From Camelus dromedarius (taxonomy: Eukaryota), in contig NC_087451.1 of assembly GCF_036321535.1 (NCBI RefSeq), positions 37,572,001 to 37,636,000 of the forward strand: a DNA stretch of 64,000 bases, read 5' to 3'. Below the pieces are notes generated by a model. The model made no database searches. It was given only the letters and a program-made list of their open reading frames with translations, and was not told where the DNA came from. Shown piece after piece: positions 36,815 to 50,019 of this stretch. The position numbers and the translations under genes were made by a program. Positions within the stretch are counted from its first letter, which is position 1, and every line of letters starts with the position of its first letter.

Positions 36815-37000
36815 CACGCACTTATTATGCTCCAAGCCTTCTGTCCAGAGCTTAGCATAGCTATCTCATTTCATCATCACGAAGGTCCTACAATGGTCCC
36901 TGCCTTCAGGCAAGGCCCAGCATAGAACTCACGTAACTGGCTTGAGTTGCTTGCGTGGGATTCAAGCTCTGGTAGTCAGTCTAAGGCCGTTTCAGACTAT
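36815..37000 (-). mobile_element. MIR SINE
   Basis: 'cttattatgctccaagcc...ctcatttcatcatcac...gggattcaagctctgg...gtctaaggcc'. Confidence 0.7.
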
Positions 37001-37204
37001 TCTCCAACAGCCAATGTTCTTTCTGGTGGCCTTTGCAAGAGGGTCCTCATCCCGCATTGTAGGGCACGAAACTTGTTTAGGTGCTTGCTAACAAGGAAAA
37101 CTTGTTCAATGACAGAAGGCACTGAGCTGTCACCAGAATTGGGTTCAACAATGCATCTTATACATCGTAACACAACCATCTCCCCCTATGTTACATCTGG
37201 AGCT

Positions 37205-37559
37205 GCAGATGGAATTGTGCACCCTCCAAATTCTCGTGTTGGGGTCTTAACCCCCAGTACCTCGGCTTGTGACTGTATCTGGAGAGAGGACCTTTGAAAA
37301 GGTANNNNNNNNNNNNNNNNNNNNNNNNNNNNNNNNNNNNNNNNNNNNNNNNNNNNNNNNNNNNNNNNNNNNNNNNNNNNNNNNNNNNNNNNNNNNNNNN
37401 NNNNNNNNNNNNNNNNNNNNNNNNNNNNNNNNNNNNNNNNNNNNNNNNNNNNNNNNNNNNNNNNNNNNNNNNNNNNNNNNNNNNNNNNNNNNNNNNNNNN
37501 NNNNNNNNNNNNNNACCAGCCTGTGCTACGCTGTTATAGCACCGGAGCAAAAGATACAT
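37205..37559 (+). mobile_element. MLT1 solo LTR; contains N gap 37305-37514
   Basis: 'ccctccaaattctcgtgttggggtcttaacccccagtacctc...gtgactgtatctgga' and 3' end 'gttatagca...aagataca'. Confidence 0.88.
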
Positions 37560-38489
37560 CGGGAAATCCTCAACCCACCCCCTTTTCAGAAAGAGAGACT
37601 GAGTCCTGAGGGATTCAGCAACTCGCCCGCTGCCACGGACAGAGCTAGTGCCGGAAGTAGATTCAAGCCCCTTTCTTGTGACCCAGAGTCCCGTATGCCT
37701 TCCAGTCCCCCAGGGACACGGGGGAGAGAAAGCAGGCACACAAATATCGCCTAACACACACCTGGGAGGTCAAACCTCGACTGGTACAAGCTGCATTTCG
37801 ATGCCATATCTCAGCAAGCATAGGCCTTTCTGACCCCTAATGTGGATTCACAGAGAGTTTTAGCAGCGAAGATAAATGTGGGGTGGGGCAACCCTGTTCA
37901 AGAAAACAAAACAAAACCAAACCAAACAGGCACCAAGGGCCTGGCGAGGCGCACTTAAAAGGCAAGTCTGAAAAAGCTTCCCCGTCTCCTCTCTGGGGGG
38001 ATGATAAAGAGGGTCAGAGCGTGGCAACGCAAATCCAGCCCGTCTAGAACTCCAGTGAGCTCCTTGCAGGTCAAAGCAGAGCACGCTGACTATCATCCCG
38101 CCAGGGAAGATGTGGAACTAAGCCTTTGTAATTAGGCCTCCACTGAAGGGCAGGGGAATGGTTACCACTGAATAAGTAGAAATACAGATTAATTTCCCCA
38201 GGTTCCGGCTTGGACTCCCTGGGCCAATGTGGGAGACGGGGCTTGTCGGACAGAGCAGCCCACGGTGCTGGGGGCTCTGAGGGGGACCCAAAGGCAACCA
38301 GGATCTGGCTTCCCTGGTTTCTGGATGAGTACTGGGAGGAGGCTGGGGAATTTGCTCATGGATCCTGGGCCAGAGCAGCTGAGTCCTCCCATCTCTGCCC
38401 ACCGAGGGTGCAGTCTACACATGACATAGTGATGGCTACCACCTATGGCACGTGCTGTGTGTACCAAAAACTTTATATCTGTGTTACTT

Positions 38490-38650
38490 TGAGGCATCAC
38501 TAATATTCCAAGATATCCTTCTTTTACATGGGAAGAAACAGAAGCACAGAGAGGTCAGGTAACTAATCAGAGGTCACACAGCTCACAAATAGCAATCTCA
38601 AGTCTTGAACCCTGGTCTGTCAATTCCAAGGCCCCTGCCCTCTAGAATAC
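38490..38650 (-). mobile_element. MIR SINE
   Basis: 'ttttacatgggaagaaacagaagcacagagaggtcaggtaact...aggtcacacagct'. Confidence 0.88.
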
Positions 38651-39089
38651 ACTGTTTTCTCCCAACTCCCTGCCTTCTCTTTGCTTTTCAATCTTCCCAG
38701 TGTTCAGCCAGGTACTAGGTACTGAATATGGGAGCCCAAATCTGCTGGATCAAATAATAATCATGGTGAAACACAAACCAAAGAATCCATCTCCCTATTG
38801 GACCAAAGTATTATTGAGCTTTCTTCAAAATATCTGTTGCACACTGCTCCCTAAAGAAAGGTTCTTGTGGTCAGATATGAGCAGGGATTGCATATTCCAT
38901 CCCCTCTTTGAGAACCACAGAGCGCTTTGGCTTGTAAAAGGCACGGAGAGGAGGCCTGCTGTCCCCACTGTGTCCCCAGTGCCCAGCCCAGCAGCTGACT
39001 CCAGAGGAGCTCAGCAAATACTTATTTGCTGAACACAAGTGGTTGAATGAATGATGATTGTACTGGAAACTTCCACTCTGTTTAATCCG

Positions 39090-39457
39090 GTTTGTCAATC
39101 TGCTCTGGCTGCCATAGCAAAACATAAACTGGGGGCTGGAAACAATAAAATGTATTTTCTCACAGTTCTGGGGGCTGGAAGCTCAAGGTCACGGTGCCCG
39201 CAGGGTTGGTATCCGGTGAGGGCAGAAGTCTGTGGGGGGAGAGAGACAGAGAGGAAGAGACACTCTGGTGTGGTGTCTCTTCTTAAAAGGACACCAATCC
39301 TATTAGATCAAGCCTCACCTTTGGGACCTCATTTAATCTTAATTACTTCCTTAGAGGCGCCATCTCCAAATACAGTCCAACAGGAGATCAGAGCCTCAAC
39401 ATACAAATCTGGGCAGTGGGGAAGGGGGCGGGACGCATAAACATTCAGTCCATGACA
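39090..39457 (-). mobile_element. MLT1A/B solo LTR
   Basis: 'ggctgccatagcaaaac...ttctcacagttctggg...taattacttccttagagg...catctccaaatacagtc...cattcagtccatgaca'. Confidence 0.92.
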
Positions 39458-39844
39458 CCCAGTAGCTCAGTCTTACTTATCGAGCAAATTCCCCTTTGGT
39501 GTGTGACACCACAGATGGTACTATATGGGGCATTTTCCCAGACAAGCTGGTGGATAATAATGCTGTCTGATCAGAGACCCACAGAGGCCTGTGCTGTGGA
39601 GGTGAATGTCCACCGTGCCAGGTGTTGGAAAGTCTCTGGTGGAGGAGATGGAGACAAAGCAGTGAACGACTCTGGGGGTTACAGAGGAGATTCAGTCTTG
39701 TGGGGGGGCTGTTTGAGGTGCTGGTGGAGAGAGGCAACCGGGAGCTGTGACAACAGGGAGGACGCAGGTGACGTTAAAGGGCACCCTTGGGTCAAGCTTC
39801 AGGTAGCTTTGCCAAAAGTGGTTTCTCCCTGAAGCTGAGCATTG

Positions 39845-40221
39845 GGTGCCAGGGCTAGCATCCCAGGCAGTGTGGGCTAGGTGGCTGAAACCATGCACAG
39901 TCATTTCTCATGGTTCTGAAGGCTGGGACATCCAAGGTCAAAGCCCCCGCAGATCAGGCGTCTGGTGAGGGCCTGCCTCCTGGTTTGTAGAACAGCTTCT
40001 CACTTTGTCCTCACGTGGGAGAGGGGGATGGAGGGGAGACAGAGACAGAGACAGAGAGCATGCTCTCTCAGGCCTCTTCTGGCAAGAGCACAAATCCCAT
40101 CACGAGGCTCCACCTTCATGTCCTAACTCCCTCCCCAGGGTGCGTCTCCCAGCGCCATCACACTGGGTCTTAGGGCTCTGGCATACGAATTTTGGGGAGA
40201 CACAAACCTGCAGTCTATAAC
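39845..40221 (-). mobile_element. MLT1A-like solo LTR
   Basis: 'tctcatggttctgaaggctgggacatccaaggtcaa...tctggtgagggcc...ttttggggagacacaaac...cagtctataaca'. Confidence 0.9.
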
Positions 40222-42104
40222 ATTTAGGTTGAGAAGTTATCCTGGTTTTTGCTTGGAAGTTGAGAGGAAGGGGAGCGACAGAGGAAGAAGGAGAGAGAGA
40301 CTGATTGAAGGCTGAGTAAATGCAGCCTGGACACCGAGGGGCAGGCACACAGTGACCGGACACGTGGCTGCCCCCAGAGATCAGGGCAGGAGGCAGCAAG
40401 GCCTCCAGCAGGGAGGCGGGGAAGTCAGTGGGTGCCTGTGAGGAATGGAATCCCGCTGGCGCCCTGGGCCACACCCACCTAGTGATGGAGGGTCCCTCTG
40501 CTGTGAGCTCGGCACCCCTCGTGCCAACGGGTGGGCATAGGGCAGAGGAGCTGAACGAGGTTGGCAGGACGAGGGCTCAGTGTCACGTCAGCGGGGTGCC
40601 CACAAACGCCCTGAGTGACGAGGGCTGCAGACGCCCTGGGGGATCCGTCTCTGGGGGGCTGCTCCCCGGGGAGGGGGCGGCCTGGGTCACCTCCCCTCAG
40701 ATCGTGCACTCGGGCGAGAGGAATCCGGCTCTCATCCTGCTTCTGTGAACTTGATGCATCACAGCCCATTCTGGCCTCAGCATTTTATCTGCTGAGTGAC
40801 CCTCTGTAATTTCCCTACGATTCCGTGACTCAGAGGGACCTAGGGAGGCCGAGAGCCCTCAGCCCGGAAGCCAGAAGGTCCGGCTCCCGGGGAAGGAGGG
40901 CCCACACGGCCTCCGCTTCCTTTCTCCCCAGCGGGAGCCCGATGCCGGCAGGCCCACGGCCTCACAGCACAGTCAGTTGGGAATATTTTTGTTCCATTCA
41001 TGGGCCTCTAATGGAATCAAGACCAAGCTATTTATATTTACAGATGGTGCAAACGTGAGTGGAACATCAGATGCGCCAGATGTGGTCAGGACAGAGGAAA
41101 AGGAGTGAACTCGGCTGATAGAAATCAAAGACCTCCCCTGCCAAACCCTGGACAAGACTTCTTTCTGGACCCAAGGTGCACAGGACCCCAAACAGCCAGG
41201 TGGTAAGAAATGCCAGGATGTGGCACCCCTTGGATTGAGGGTGGCTGCTGCAGCCCGGGGAGGAGAGTGGATCCAAGCTTGCTTTGCTGGGGGAGAAAAT
41301 GGAACCATTGTCTGTTCCCATTGTTCCTTCTGAGACGACGCAGGGGACCGAGCAGCCGGCGTTTCATCTCCAATTATTTTCAGCCAAAGGAGAAAACAGA
41401 TGGTAAATAGCACTGGAAAAAAAAATTTTTTTAGAATTAATATTAATAAAAGATGTGTGGGAGGCTCTGACTGAATCTCGGAGAAGCAGGGCCCGCCGCA
41501 TGTGTTGGGTTGGGGGATGAAGGTGGCTGAAAGGCCGGGGCGGGGAGTGGTGGCTGCAGAGAGAGAACAGACATGTGGGGCCGAGCCAGCCACTCCCCGT
41601 GTGATCCCAAAGGTGCCAGAGGGCAGTGTGGGTGGCGGGGCACCTTTGGGAGCCCAGCATTTGGTGGGGGCTGGAGCCCTAAAGCCACGAGGCGCCTGTC
41701 GAGGTCCTGAGATCCACGGGGGAGGAGAGTGATGGGGCCAAGCTGCAGGCTGCCCAGGGCTCACAAGGAACACTGGCGCCACTGGGCCCCCCTTCCAGCC
41801 GGGTGTGGCCCAGATGGCTCTTGTACGCAGCTGCAGCAGACAGAGGAGGCGGGCGGGGGTCCTCACCTCCCCGGCCCACGCTGGCCGCGATCTCGGCCCC
41901 ACTCGGCCAGTCCCAGTGTCCATCTGTCAGCAAGCGCTATTGAATGTCCACCGGCTGCCCAGCTGTCCTCTGAGAGTTTGCATTCCACGTTCAAGCAGAG
42001 AAACTGATCTGGCTCCTTCAGGATTTGTAGGCATCACAGGGGAGGAAGGAGTGACATGCAGTGGGTCCTGTGTGTGGAGGGGGAAAGGCGGGTTCCTGGG
42101 GACA

Positions 42105-42320
42105 GTGGTTTATTCAACAAAAGCTTTGGAGCACTCGTTAGGTGCTTGGGAACAGAACGGATGGAGTCCCTGCCCTCCAGGAACTTACACTCCAGCAGGA
42201 GAGAAGAAACAGTCAAATGCACACCCAAATGTACGTGAACTACAATCAAGTTAGATTATTTCGTAGGAAATGACAAATGGGGACAGTGCCAGGAAAGAAA
42301 GGACGAGAATGCCGGGAGAG
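42105..42320 (-). mobile_element. L2 3' fragment
   Basis: 'ttattcaacaaa...gtccctgccctccaggaacttacactccagcagg'. Confidence 0.75.
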
Positions 42321-42839
42321 CTACGCCACTGTGTCATGATGATTTACCACGGTCTCCGAGGCTTCCCCAAGCTTCTGTCTCCCTTCACCCCGGCGCTCAG
42401 GTAGGCATGAGCTTGGAGAAGCTGGAAAGAAAGCATGTACCACAATCATGAACTGTAAGTATTAGCGTTAAAAAATAAAAGCTACCTTATAAGACAGAAG
42501 CCCTCACCTGGGACCATCCTGCAGCCATGTCCATCTGATCTTGTTTCTTTCTTTGTTTGGGCCACTAGAAAGCTCAAGGTGGAACCATGATTCACCTCCA
42601 GCAACAAACATGAAGGATGTTGAGGTGTGTCTCTTTACAAAAGTAAGCTAGCTCCCAGCTTTAGTTTTTCTTCCCTTGTTTCATTGCCTTCATCAGACAG
42701 TTTTAATTTGTATTTTATCTTATCAGATAATGTATGCCCCCTTTTGGTATGCCAATTTCAAAAATACATATAAATATATAGAATATATAAATAAAACAAG
42801 ATGGACATTGATGGGGTTCAGCTAAGACTGAATTGAAAA

Positions 42840-43270
42840 ATCATCCTGCTTTCTGTGATTCTAGCTGGATTACGAACCAGAAGACAAACATTGCCAGAAA
42901 GGACGTTATTGGGATAACTGATGAAATCAGAATGTGGACTATGGACTGTAGATAGATAAAAGCCTTGTTTTAACGGAAATTTCCTAAATTTGGTCATTTA
43001 CTCTTGTTTTGTAAGACATTGTCCTTGCTCTTGGGAAATGCACCCTAAAAGGGGTAAAGAGGGTGTGATATCTGCAACTCTGTCTCAAATGGCCCAGAAA
43101 TGGGGAGGAAAAAAAAAATATATATATATATATATATTTATATACATAAATATTTTTGTACGTATGTATAATAAGAGAGAGAGAACAGGGAAAGAGGAAA
43201 GATTACAATCTCATACTGGAATAATGAAAGCCCTTGTACATCTAAGTGAATTTGCTTTGCAATTTTAATT
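42840..43270 (+). mobile_element. L1MC-like 3' UTR fragment with a (TA)n tract at about 43118-43145
   Basis: 'aggacgttattgggataactgatgaaatcagaat...gtccttgctcttgggaaatgcac...gatatctgcaact...ctcaaatgg'. Confidence 0.8.
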
Positions 43271-45299
43271 ACAGTGGGTGTCCTTGTAAAAGAGAATCTC
43301 AAAAAACCAATTTCTTCCTGTTTTTCAATGCTGCCTGTCTCCTTCTGCCCTCTCCCCTGAAGACTCTCACCCCCACTGAAATGCTAAAAGAAGACTGAAG
43401 TTTGGAGTGATTCCGGGAAGAATTGTTTTTGGATAATTAGGCACGGTCTGCATTTGCCTCTGGCATCGATGTTGATGCAAAAATCCCATCTGGATGATCA
43501 GCAAGTATTTAAGCTTTTAAACCTTTTCTTCTGGAGGCTTTTTATTAATCCCCTGGAGAAGCACCTCAACATTTCTCTCCCAGCCCTGACTTCTTGTCAC
43601 TTGCAATCCAGCCACTTTGGGCTTCAGAAGAGAGAGTGTTGCCAGCAAGAGTAATCACAGACTTTCTAGCATCGGAAATAAGCACTTTCCACTGGCTGGG
43701 CTGCAGCCTCCGCTTGGCTCGGTCACTTCTAGCCCAGCACGGCCTCCTCTGCCTCTTTGTCTCTCTCATCTCACCTGCATCCAACCTGTAACTGTAGTTG
43801 GAGAGAACTCAGAGCAGGATGTTTCAGACCTTCTCCTTCCCTGCTCCTACTCCTGAGGCATCAAGACTCCAAGACCAGGAAACAACTCTTCTAAGAGTCT
43901 TCTGTTCTGGCGATGTCTCCGCTGTCCCCTCCTGTCTTCAGACCACGGGGCACACACCCAGTGCCCCCCGGGTGGGGCTCAAGCCCCAAGTAGAGGATGC
44001 AGGGCTGCGCCCAGCCAGTGGAATTGATCGCACCTGCCTCTTTCCTTGGCCAAGGCTCAGTGGTCCTCTTACTATCCCCCTTCCTCTTACCACTGGTCCT
44101 CTCGCCCTCCTGCAGGCGTCCTGCTCCTCTGCACTTGCCGGGTGGATGGTGGGGTGGTCCCCGTTCAATGACCATCCCTCTCTCCGAGTCTCCAAGTCGT
44201 GGGAAGGGCTATGAGCCGGACTTGTTCAGTCTCCAGCCATTCCCATATGATTGGGGGTCAGTGATGGGGTTAGACCATTCAGTATAGTCTATGTCTATGG
44301 GGAGGAGGGCAGAGAACATACGGTGATTGCAGAACGGCCTCTGGTGAATCAAACCGCAACGAGAGCTCAGAGATGTACAGTGATTTTCCTGGCAACACCC
44401 AGAAGAGGCACTTTATCCCCCAGTCCAATATTTTGCTCTTTTCAGCTCTCTTCTTTGAGCCCTCTCATTCACACGGCTCAAAGTGGCTCTCCGACTGTAG
44501 CTCTTTAACCCTGGCGATCACGGCGTGAGGCCACGGAGGATGACAGTGATTAGCCTGGGAGCCGGAGGAGCCAAGCCCCAGCAGAACACGGGGATTTTGC
44601 CTGGGACACATCACATTGGCCTGGGCCTCCCTGCAGGTGCTCCTGGGAGGTCAGGCTGGCGCAGGGCTTCCAGGACAGGTGGAGAAATTGGGACTGGGCC
44701 GGTGGGCCAGCCAGGGGTTGGAGTCTCTCCAGCCAGGTGCAGCGATGGCCACGGGCCAAGGTCAAGACTGAAGAGTGGATACTCTTCCTGTTGAACTCTG
44801 CTCCACCTCCCGGCCCAGCCGCTGGCTCTGCCCCCTCCCCTCCCACCCTGTCCCCAACCCTCACCCTGCTCTCAAACTGCCCGGGCCACCCAGCAGGAGG
44901 GAACTGAGGCCCAGGTTCAAGTCCCAGCCTGACCACCTGCCAAATGGGCTTCCTCTGATGTCTCTGGGAAGTCAGGGTATCTGACCTTGTGAGGTGGTCC
45001 GTCTTTAACCTGGACAAGCTTGTCCCTCTCTTACCCTTAAATAAGTTTGTGTTTCTTTTCCCTGGAGTCCCTCTGATCTCGGCCTACAAATTCATACTGA
45101 GGTTTAGGTAGACAAACTGTGACTGCACTAGCCTTTCCAGGGAAAATATTTTCTTTTAATTTAGACCTTGTGACAGCATATAAAGGATTAAGGGAATGAC
45201 AGTTGGCATTTAGGATGGGGGTTGATGAGATGTGTTAGGACAGCCTACCTCCCAGCCCTATCATAACAACAGCGACCAGGACCACGAAAGCAATTACCA

Positions 45300-45480
45300 C
45301 TCACTGCCGGGCGCCATGCTGATCTCGACCCAGACCACTTACAAGAGGCTGGTGTTCTCCCCTCTTATAAATTAAGACTCTGAGGCCTGAGATATTGAGG
45401 TGAACTTGCCTAAGCCCCTGTTGCTGGTAAGTCACCCAGCAGCATTTGCAACCTGAATCCCCCAAATCTGCCCTAACCCT
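45300..45480 (-). mobile_element. MIR SINE
   Basis: 'ctgaggcctgaga...gaacttgcctaag...gtcacccagca...tgcaacctgaatccc'; judged a degenerate MIR, orientation uncertain. Confidence 0.55.
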
Positions 45481-45539
45481 CCATCCCGAGTCCAAGGCCC
45501 TTCAGAGAGTCCCCACAAAATAGTCCAAGGGCAGTGTTT

Positions 45540-46150
45540 TATCCATCAATTAAAAAATGTGTATGTACATAAGCCAACATGGGCCACGACCTGTCCTGGG
45601 ACTTGTGGAAAAGGAGGGTGTCTGATGGACCACGCTCTTGGAGACTTTGCTGTTGAGTCAGTCTACAACACCGTCAGTCTGAGTTTGCAGTATGGTTTGT
45701 GGTAAAAGGCACACAGTGAAGAGAGAAGGATCTGGCAGGGGAGGGGCCACTTTGGATCAGGTGGTCCGGGAAGACTCCTCTGCTGAGGTGACCATTGGGC
45801 TGAGATCTGAAGGGTCGAAGGAGCTGGGAGGAGCGGAATCTGGATGCAGGGGACTGCAAAGGCAAAGACCTGGAGGCTGGACCCAGGCTGGTGAGTCAGA
45901 GGACCCGAAGGTGGCCTGTTGTGGCCAGAGAGACGTGAACGCAGAACAAAGAGGTCGATCAAGGGAGAGCAGGTTGTGGAAAGATGTGGGAGTGTATTTT
46001 ATTGGATGGACTCTAGCAGGGGGCAAGGTTAGGATGTTCCGACTCGTGCTCTGAATAGATGGCTCTGGCTGCTTTTGAGGGATGGACCTCGGGGGTTGAG
46101 TGGAAGCTGGGAGACCCGTCAGGAGCATCAACGAGGAGGCTAGTGCATCT
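45540..46150 (-). mobile_element. L2 fragment
   Basis: 'ggtggtccgggaagactcctctgctgaggtgaccattgggctgagatctgaagg...tgcaaaggcaaagacctggagg'. Confidence 0.85.
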
Positions 46151-46589
46151 TCAGCTTACAGCTTACCCTGGGGGCAAGAGTCTGGAGCCACAGACTTATG
46201 GAAAAACACATAGTGAAACCCCAGCACGAGTACTGATGCTGAGGACGGACGGATGGAAGGTGTGAGGCCCACTGGGGTGGGGCTCATCCTGGGTGGTGGC
46301 TGTCACTCGAACACAAGGCCCAGTACAGGCACGTCCAAAGGGGTCAACACAGATCTGGTGCCCACCCCTGAGTCACCTCCAAAAGCACCCTTTCCATGGG
46401 TCCCAAGGCCCTGTAGACAGACAAATCCCCAAAGGTACCCATTCCTGCAGCAGCTGCAGAGGGAAATGTCCCGTTTCAGCACCAACGTGGGCCCCTGGGC
46501 TAGAGGCTTTTGTGAGTTTCTGCCCCGAATCACACTGTGGGCCAGTTCGGAAGATGATTAAACCCCTCACACAGTCATCACGGGTACCA

Positions 46590-46760
46590 CCCAAGGGGCA
46601 GGATGACGATGGCTAAGAGTCGTCCGAACCAGGCACTATTCTAAGGCCTCACACTTATTAGCCCTCCCCTCGCCCCCCGAGCCCTGGGAGGTGGGCACTG
46701 TTGTTACTCCTATTTTACATTGAGGAAACAGGAAACCTGGGCACAAAGTCCAAAACCCAC
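46590..46760 (-). mobile_element. MIR SINE
   Basis: 'caggcactattctaagg...cctattttacattgaggaaacagg'. Confidence 0.8.
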
Positions 46761-47871
46761 TGTCCAGCTTCGGAGTTCTTGCTATTAAGGCCGACCCTTT
46801 CCTGCCTCTCAGGAAGCTCCCCGAGGTGCTCAGAGCTCACAGACTCTCCGAGGTCTAAGCTCTCAACAGCAGTGGAAGCGGCCCAGGCCTTCTCTTCCAG
46901 GAGACCACAGGGCAATTCATCCTCAAAAATTAAGTCCACCAGAAAGTGAAGATGCTTACAAGAGAGAAGACAAGGCTGAGAACTCTGAGACCCTGAAACG
47001 GGCCAGGTGGCTAAACACATAGAGGCCAGAGATGGTCCGAGGAGAGATGCTCCTGCCGTGGCTGGGGCCCTGGCCAGGCTTCCATGGGAAGGACGGAGGC
47101 TGTGCTCCGGCCGGTCCAGGGAACCCCCGGTACTTAGTGGCTGACACTAAGAAAGCCAAGCCCTTCTGTGGGAAAATCAAGGATGACAGGGACTCTTCCC
47201 CCTGCCACAACAAACCTATACTTAAACACGATTAAACTGCACCGTCTGTAAAGGAAATAGCCCACAGTTTAGCCAAACATGGGAGCATCCTCTCTCTCTC
47301 ACCCGGCGCTGTTATGGTGGTTTGTGTGGTGTACTCTGTTCTGAACCGGGACCAAGTCTATCAGGCCGAGTTCCAAACTGGCTCTTTTCCTAGCAGCCCA
47401 GGCCTCACTTACGCCAAGGAGAAGGCGGGATGTGGAGGCTCCAGCCCTGAGCCTTGCTCACTGCTGGGGCTGAGGATGGGCAGACACCAGGCACGCCTAG
47501 TGGATTCCTTCCTGCGCCTCTGAGCTCCGGACGTGCTGGCCTCCCCGCTAGCCTTTCTGTGCTGCAGAAGCACTCAACTTCCCTTCTCCAGGGAGAAGCT
47601 TTGGGAAGAACAGAAGCTCCCTAGGTGAGGGGGAAAAAGGGGAATATATATTTATCCCTTGCTCATGTCAGGCAATTAAAGGAATTGGTGGGTGACTTCT
47701 TGGTAAAGCCAATCCCCTGGCCCCCTCCCTGCACCCCCAATTCAACTCAGAAATAGAGAGAATGGTTTCCAAAGTGAGCACCTTCCCTCCCCAGTGCTTT
47801 AAGAGGCCAGGCACTTCATTCTCTTAATTATATGGACACGCACTCACAGACATAAATACGGGATGATATGC

Positions 47872-47872
<1 letters not shown>

Positions 47873-47908
<36 letters not shown>
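47873..47908 (+). repeat. (TG)18 microsatellite
   Basis: Uninterrupted 36-bp TG tract. Confidence 0.98.
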
Positions 47909-47913
<5 letters not shown>

Positions 47914-48999
47914 ACCCCCGCATACATCTGCTTCCAGAACCCTGTAATTAGCACCCTGTAAAGGACAATTCTACACATTGGAAACCACCAGCCTAGATCC
48001 TGGGTGACTGACAAGCCAGAAAACTTAATTTCCCTCTTTGTAGGAGAGATCTTTTAAGCTACTGTTTGATCGCCTCAGCAGATTAGGTGAGCTCTGAACT
48101 GCTTTGGAGAAATTTGTTCCTTTTGCCCGATGCCCTCCCCTCCCCTCGCTGCCTCCCCACCCCTTCGGTGATAAGGCATCTGTAAACACTCTGAAGCTCT
48201 TTTGCCCGCCTTCTTGGGTCCGCCGCTTTGAAGCAGAACTGCAGGAAGACCTCCGTACGAGATGAAAATGTTTTGCGGGCTGATAGAGGAGCTGGGATCC
48301 AGCTGAAATCCACTCGGTGGCAGAGATTAGAGGACCTGCGATGCGGCGTTCGGAGGGAAGGCTGAGTCGAAAAATGTGAGGTTTGGATTCAATCAAAACG
48401 AACCCAAACCCCAGTCACCCCGCCCCCATCCCATCCCACCACCGAGGGGAGGGGAGCCAGACACCCGGAGGGCACCCACCTTCAAAGTCAGAAAGTCCTT
48501 CAGTCTCGCGGGGCTTTTCCCTCTCCACGGTGGTTCTTAAACTTCACCAGGCGTGCGAATCGCCAAGCTTGGTCAGGGCAGATTCTGAGGTGACAGTGAA
48601 GCAGAGGTTTATTTGCAAAGACTAAGGTGGGACTCAGTGACCCCGAGTTTTAGTAAGACCCCAGGGGCTTCTAAAGCAGGTGCTGACCAGACTCTTCAGA
48701 CCGCTGACAATGGTGAAAGCCACGTATGCGGGGCTGTGGTCTGCACTAGAGCTGGTGGTGAAAATATTGAGCTCATGGGGTAAGGGGCTGACAAACAGCC
48801 ACAGCCTCTGGTCCTTGGAGTGCCACCTGCTGCCCCGTCGCCCTCCCCTCCCCCAGGAATTCCCGGACTGCCCCACATCGCAGGCACCTGAAGCTGCTAC
48901 AAGGCCTGGTCTGCACTGACTGGCCAGAGCCTTGTCAGTTGCTGTGCATCTTTACTGTCCTCATCCGCAGGGGGACAGTCTGGCGGGATCCTACCCAGC

Positions 49000-49950
49000 C
49001 CGCGGCGCAAGGTGCCCGTTTCTCTTGGTGAACTGCATCGGGGGCACCATTAACCGCTCTCTCCTGCTTGCAGTATCTTCTTCTGCCCCTTTCTTAACTT
49101 TCCTCCTGTTTACTCCCTACTTTTGCTGCGCCATTCCTTCATTCGGCCTCTCCATGATGGTTCCCTACTGCTGTCCAGCCCTAAGTGATGACTTAAGTAC
49201 CATCTATACGTCAATGGTTGCAACCGTATTGACCTCCCTTCTCTCACTCTTGCCCCTTGCAATCCATTCTCTACCTGTTGACCAGGTGGTCTCACTGAGA
49301 GATAATCAGATCATGTCACTATCTGGCTTAAAGTTCTCTGGTGGCTTCCTCTTGTGTTAAGAACAAGACCCAAACTGCTTCCCATGGTGTACAAAGCACC
49401 AGCAGCGCTAATATTCCAACCTCACTTCGCACTACTCTCCCTCTGGGCCACTGCTGCCCAGCCTCTCCGGCCTTCTTTCCCATCCTCAGAACATCCTCAA
49501 GCTCATTCCAGCCTCAGGGCCTTTGCACTAGCTGGGCTATGGGCCTGGAATGCTACTACCCTGCGGCTGGTTTCTTCTTGTCAGATCTCAGTTCAAACAG
49601 ACCTTTTCTGACTTTGCAAACCAACGTAGCTACCCAGCCACTTTCTATCGCCCTGTTTTAATTCTCTGCACAGTGTTTACCTCTAGCGGACGTTTTAATT
49701 GTTTACTTGTTCACTCAGTTCTTTACTGCCTGTCTACACAACTCCCTCTAATGAAGAAGTTAGCTCCAGAGTGCTGTGCTTTGGGAATTTATATCTGCTT
49801 TTTTTTTTTCTTTTAAGTAGATTGTCTGACTCTTCTGTTTTTATTGAACACTGTCACTTTTTGCTGTCCTCAGGACTCCCATCTCTGCCAGCCACCTAGC
49901 TGTGAGTATATCCTGAACCAGGAAGGCAGTAGGCACGCTCATTAGAATTG
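49000..49950 (+). mobile_element. L2 fragment including the degenerate RT region and 3' end
   Basis: 'taccatctatacgtcaatg' (compare the L2 YHLYADD region), 'cagatcatgtcact...ttctctggtggcttcctc', 'cctcagggcctttgcac' and 'gtaggcacgctca'. Confidence 0.8.
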
Positions 49951-50019
49951 GGAACAAAGTGTAAGTTATAATTCTGAGCAAGGCCGAGACCCTCTTACCC
50001 TGAAAAGATGCCTTTGGTT

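Noticed and set aside
40973-41923. Longest gap-free ORF (316 aa, minus strand)
   Set aside because: Pro/Ala/Gly-rich with no recognisable domain, and it reads through an A9T7 tract (LLLILILKKFFF). Long open frames are expected by chance in GC-rich DNA.
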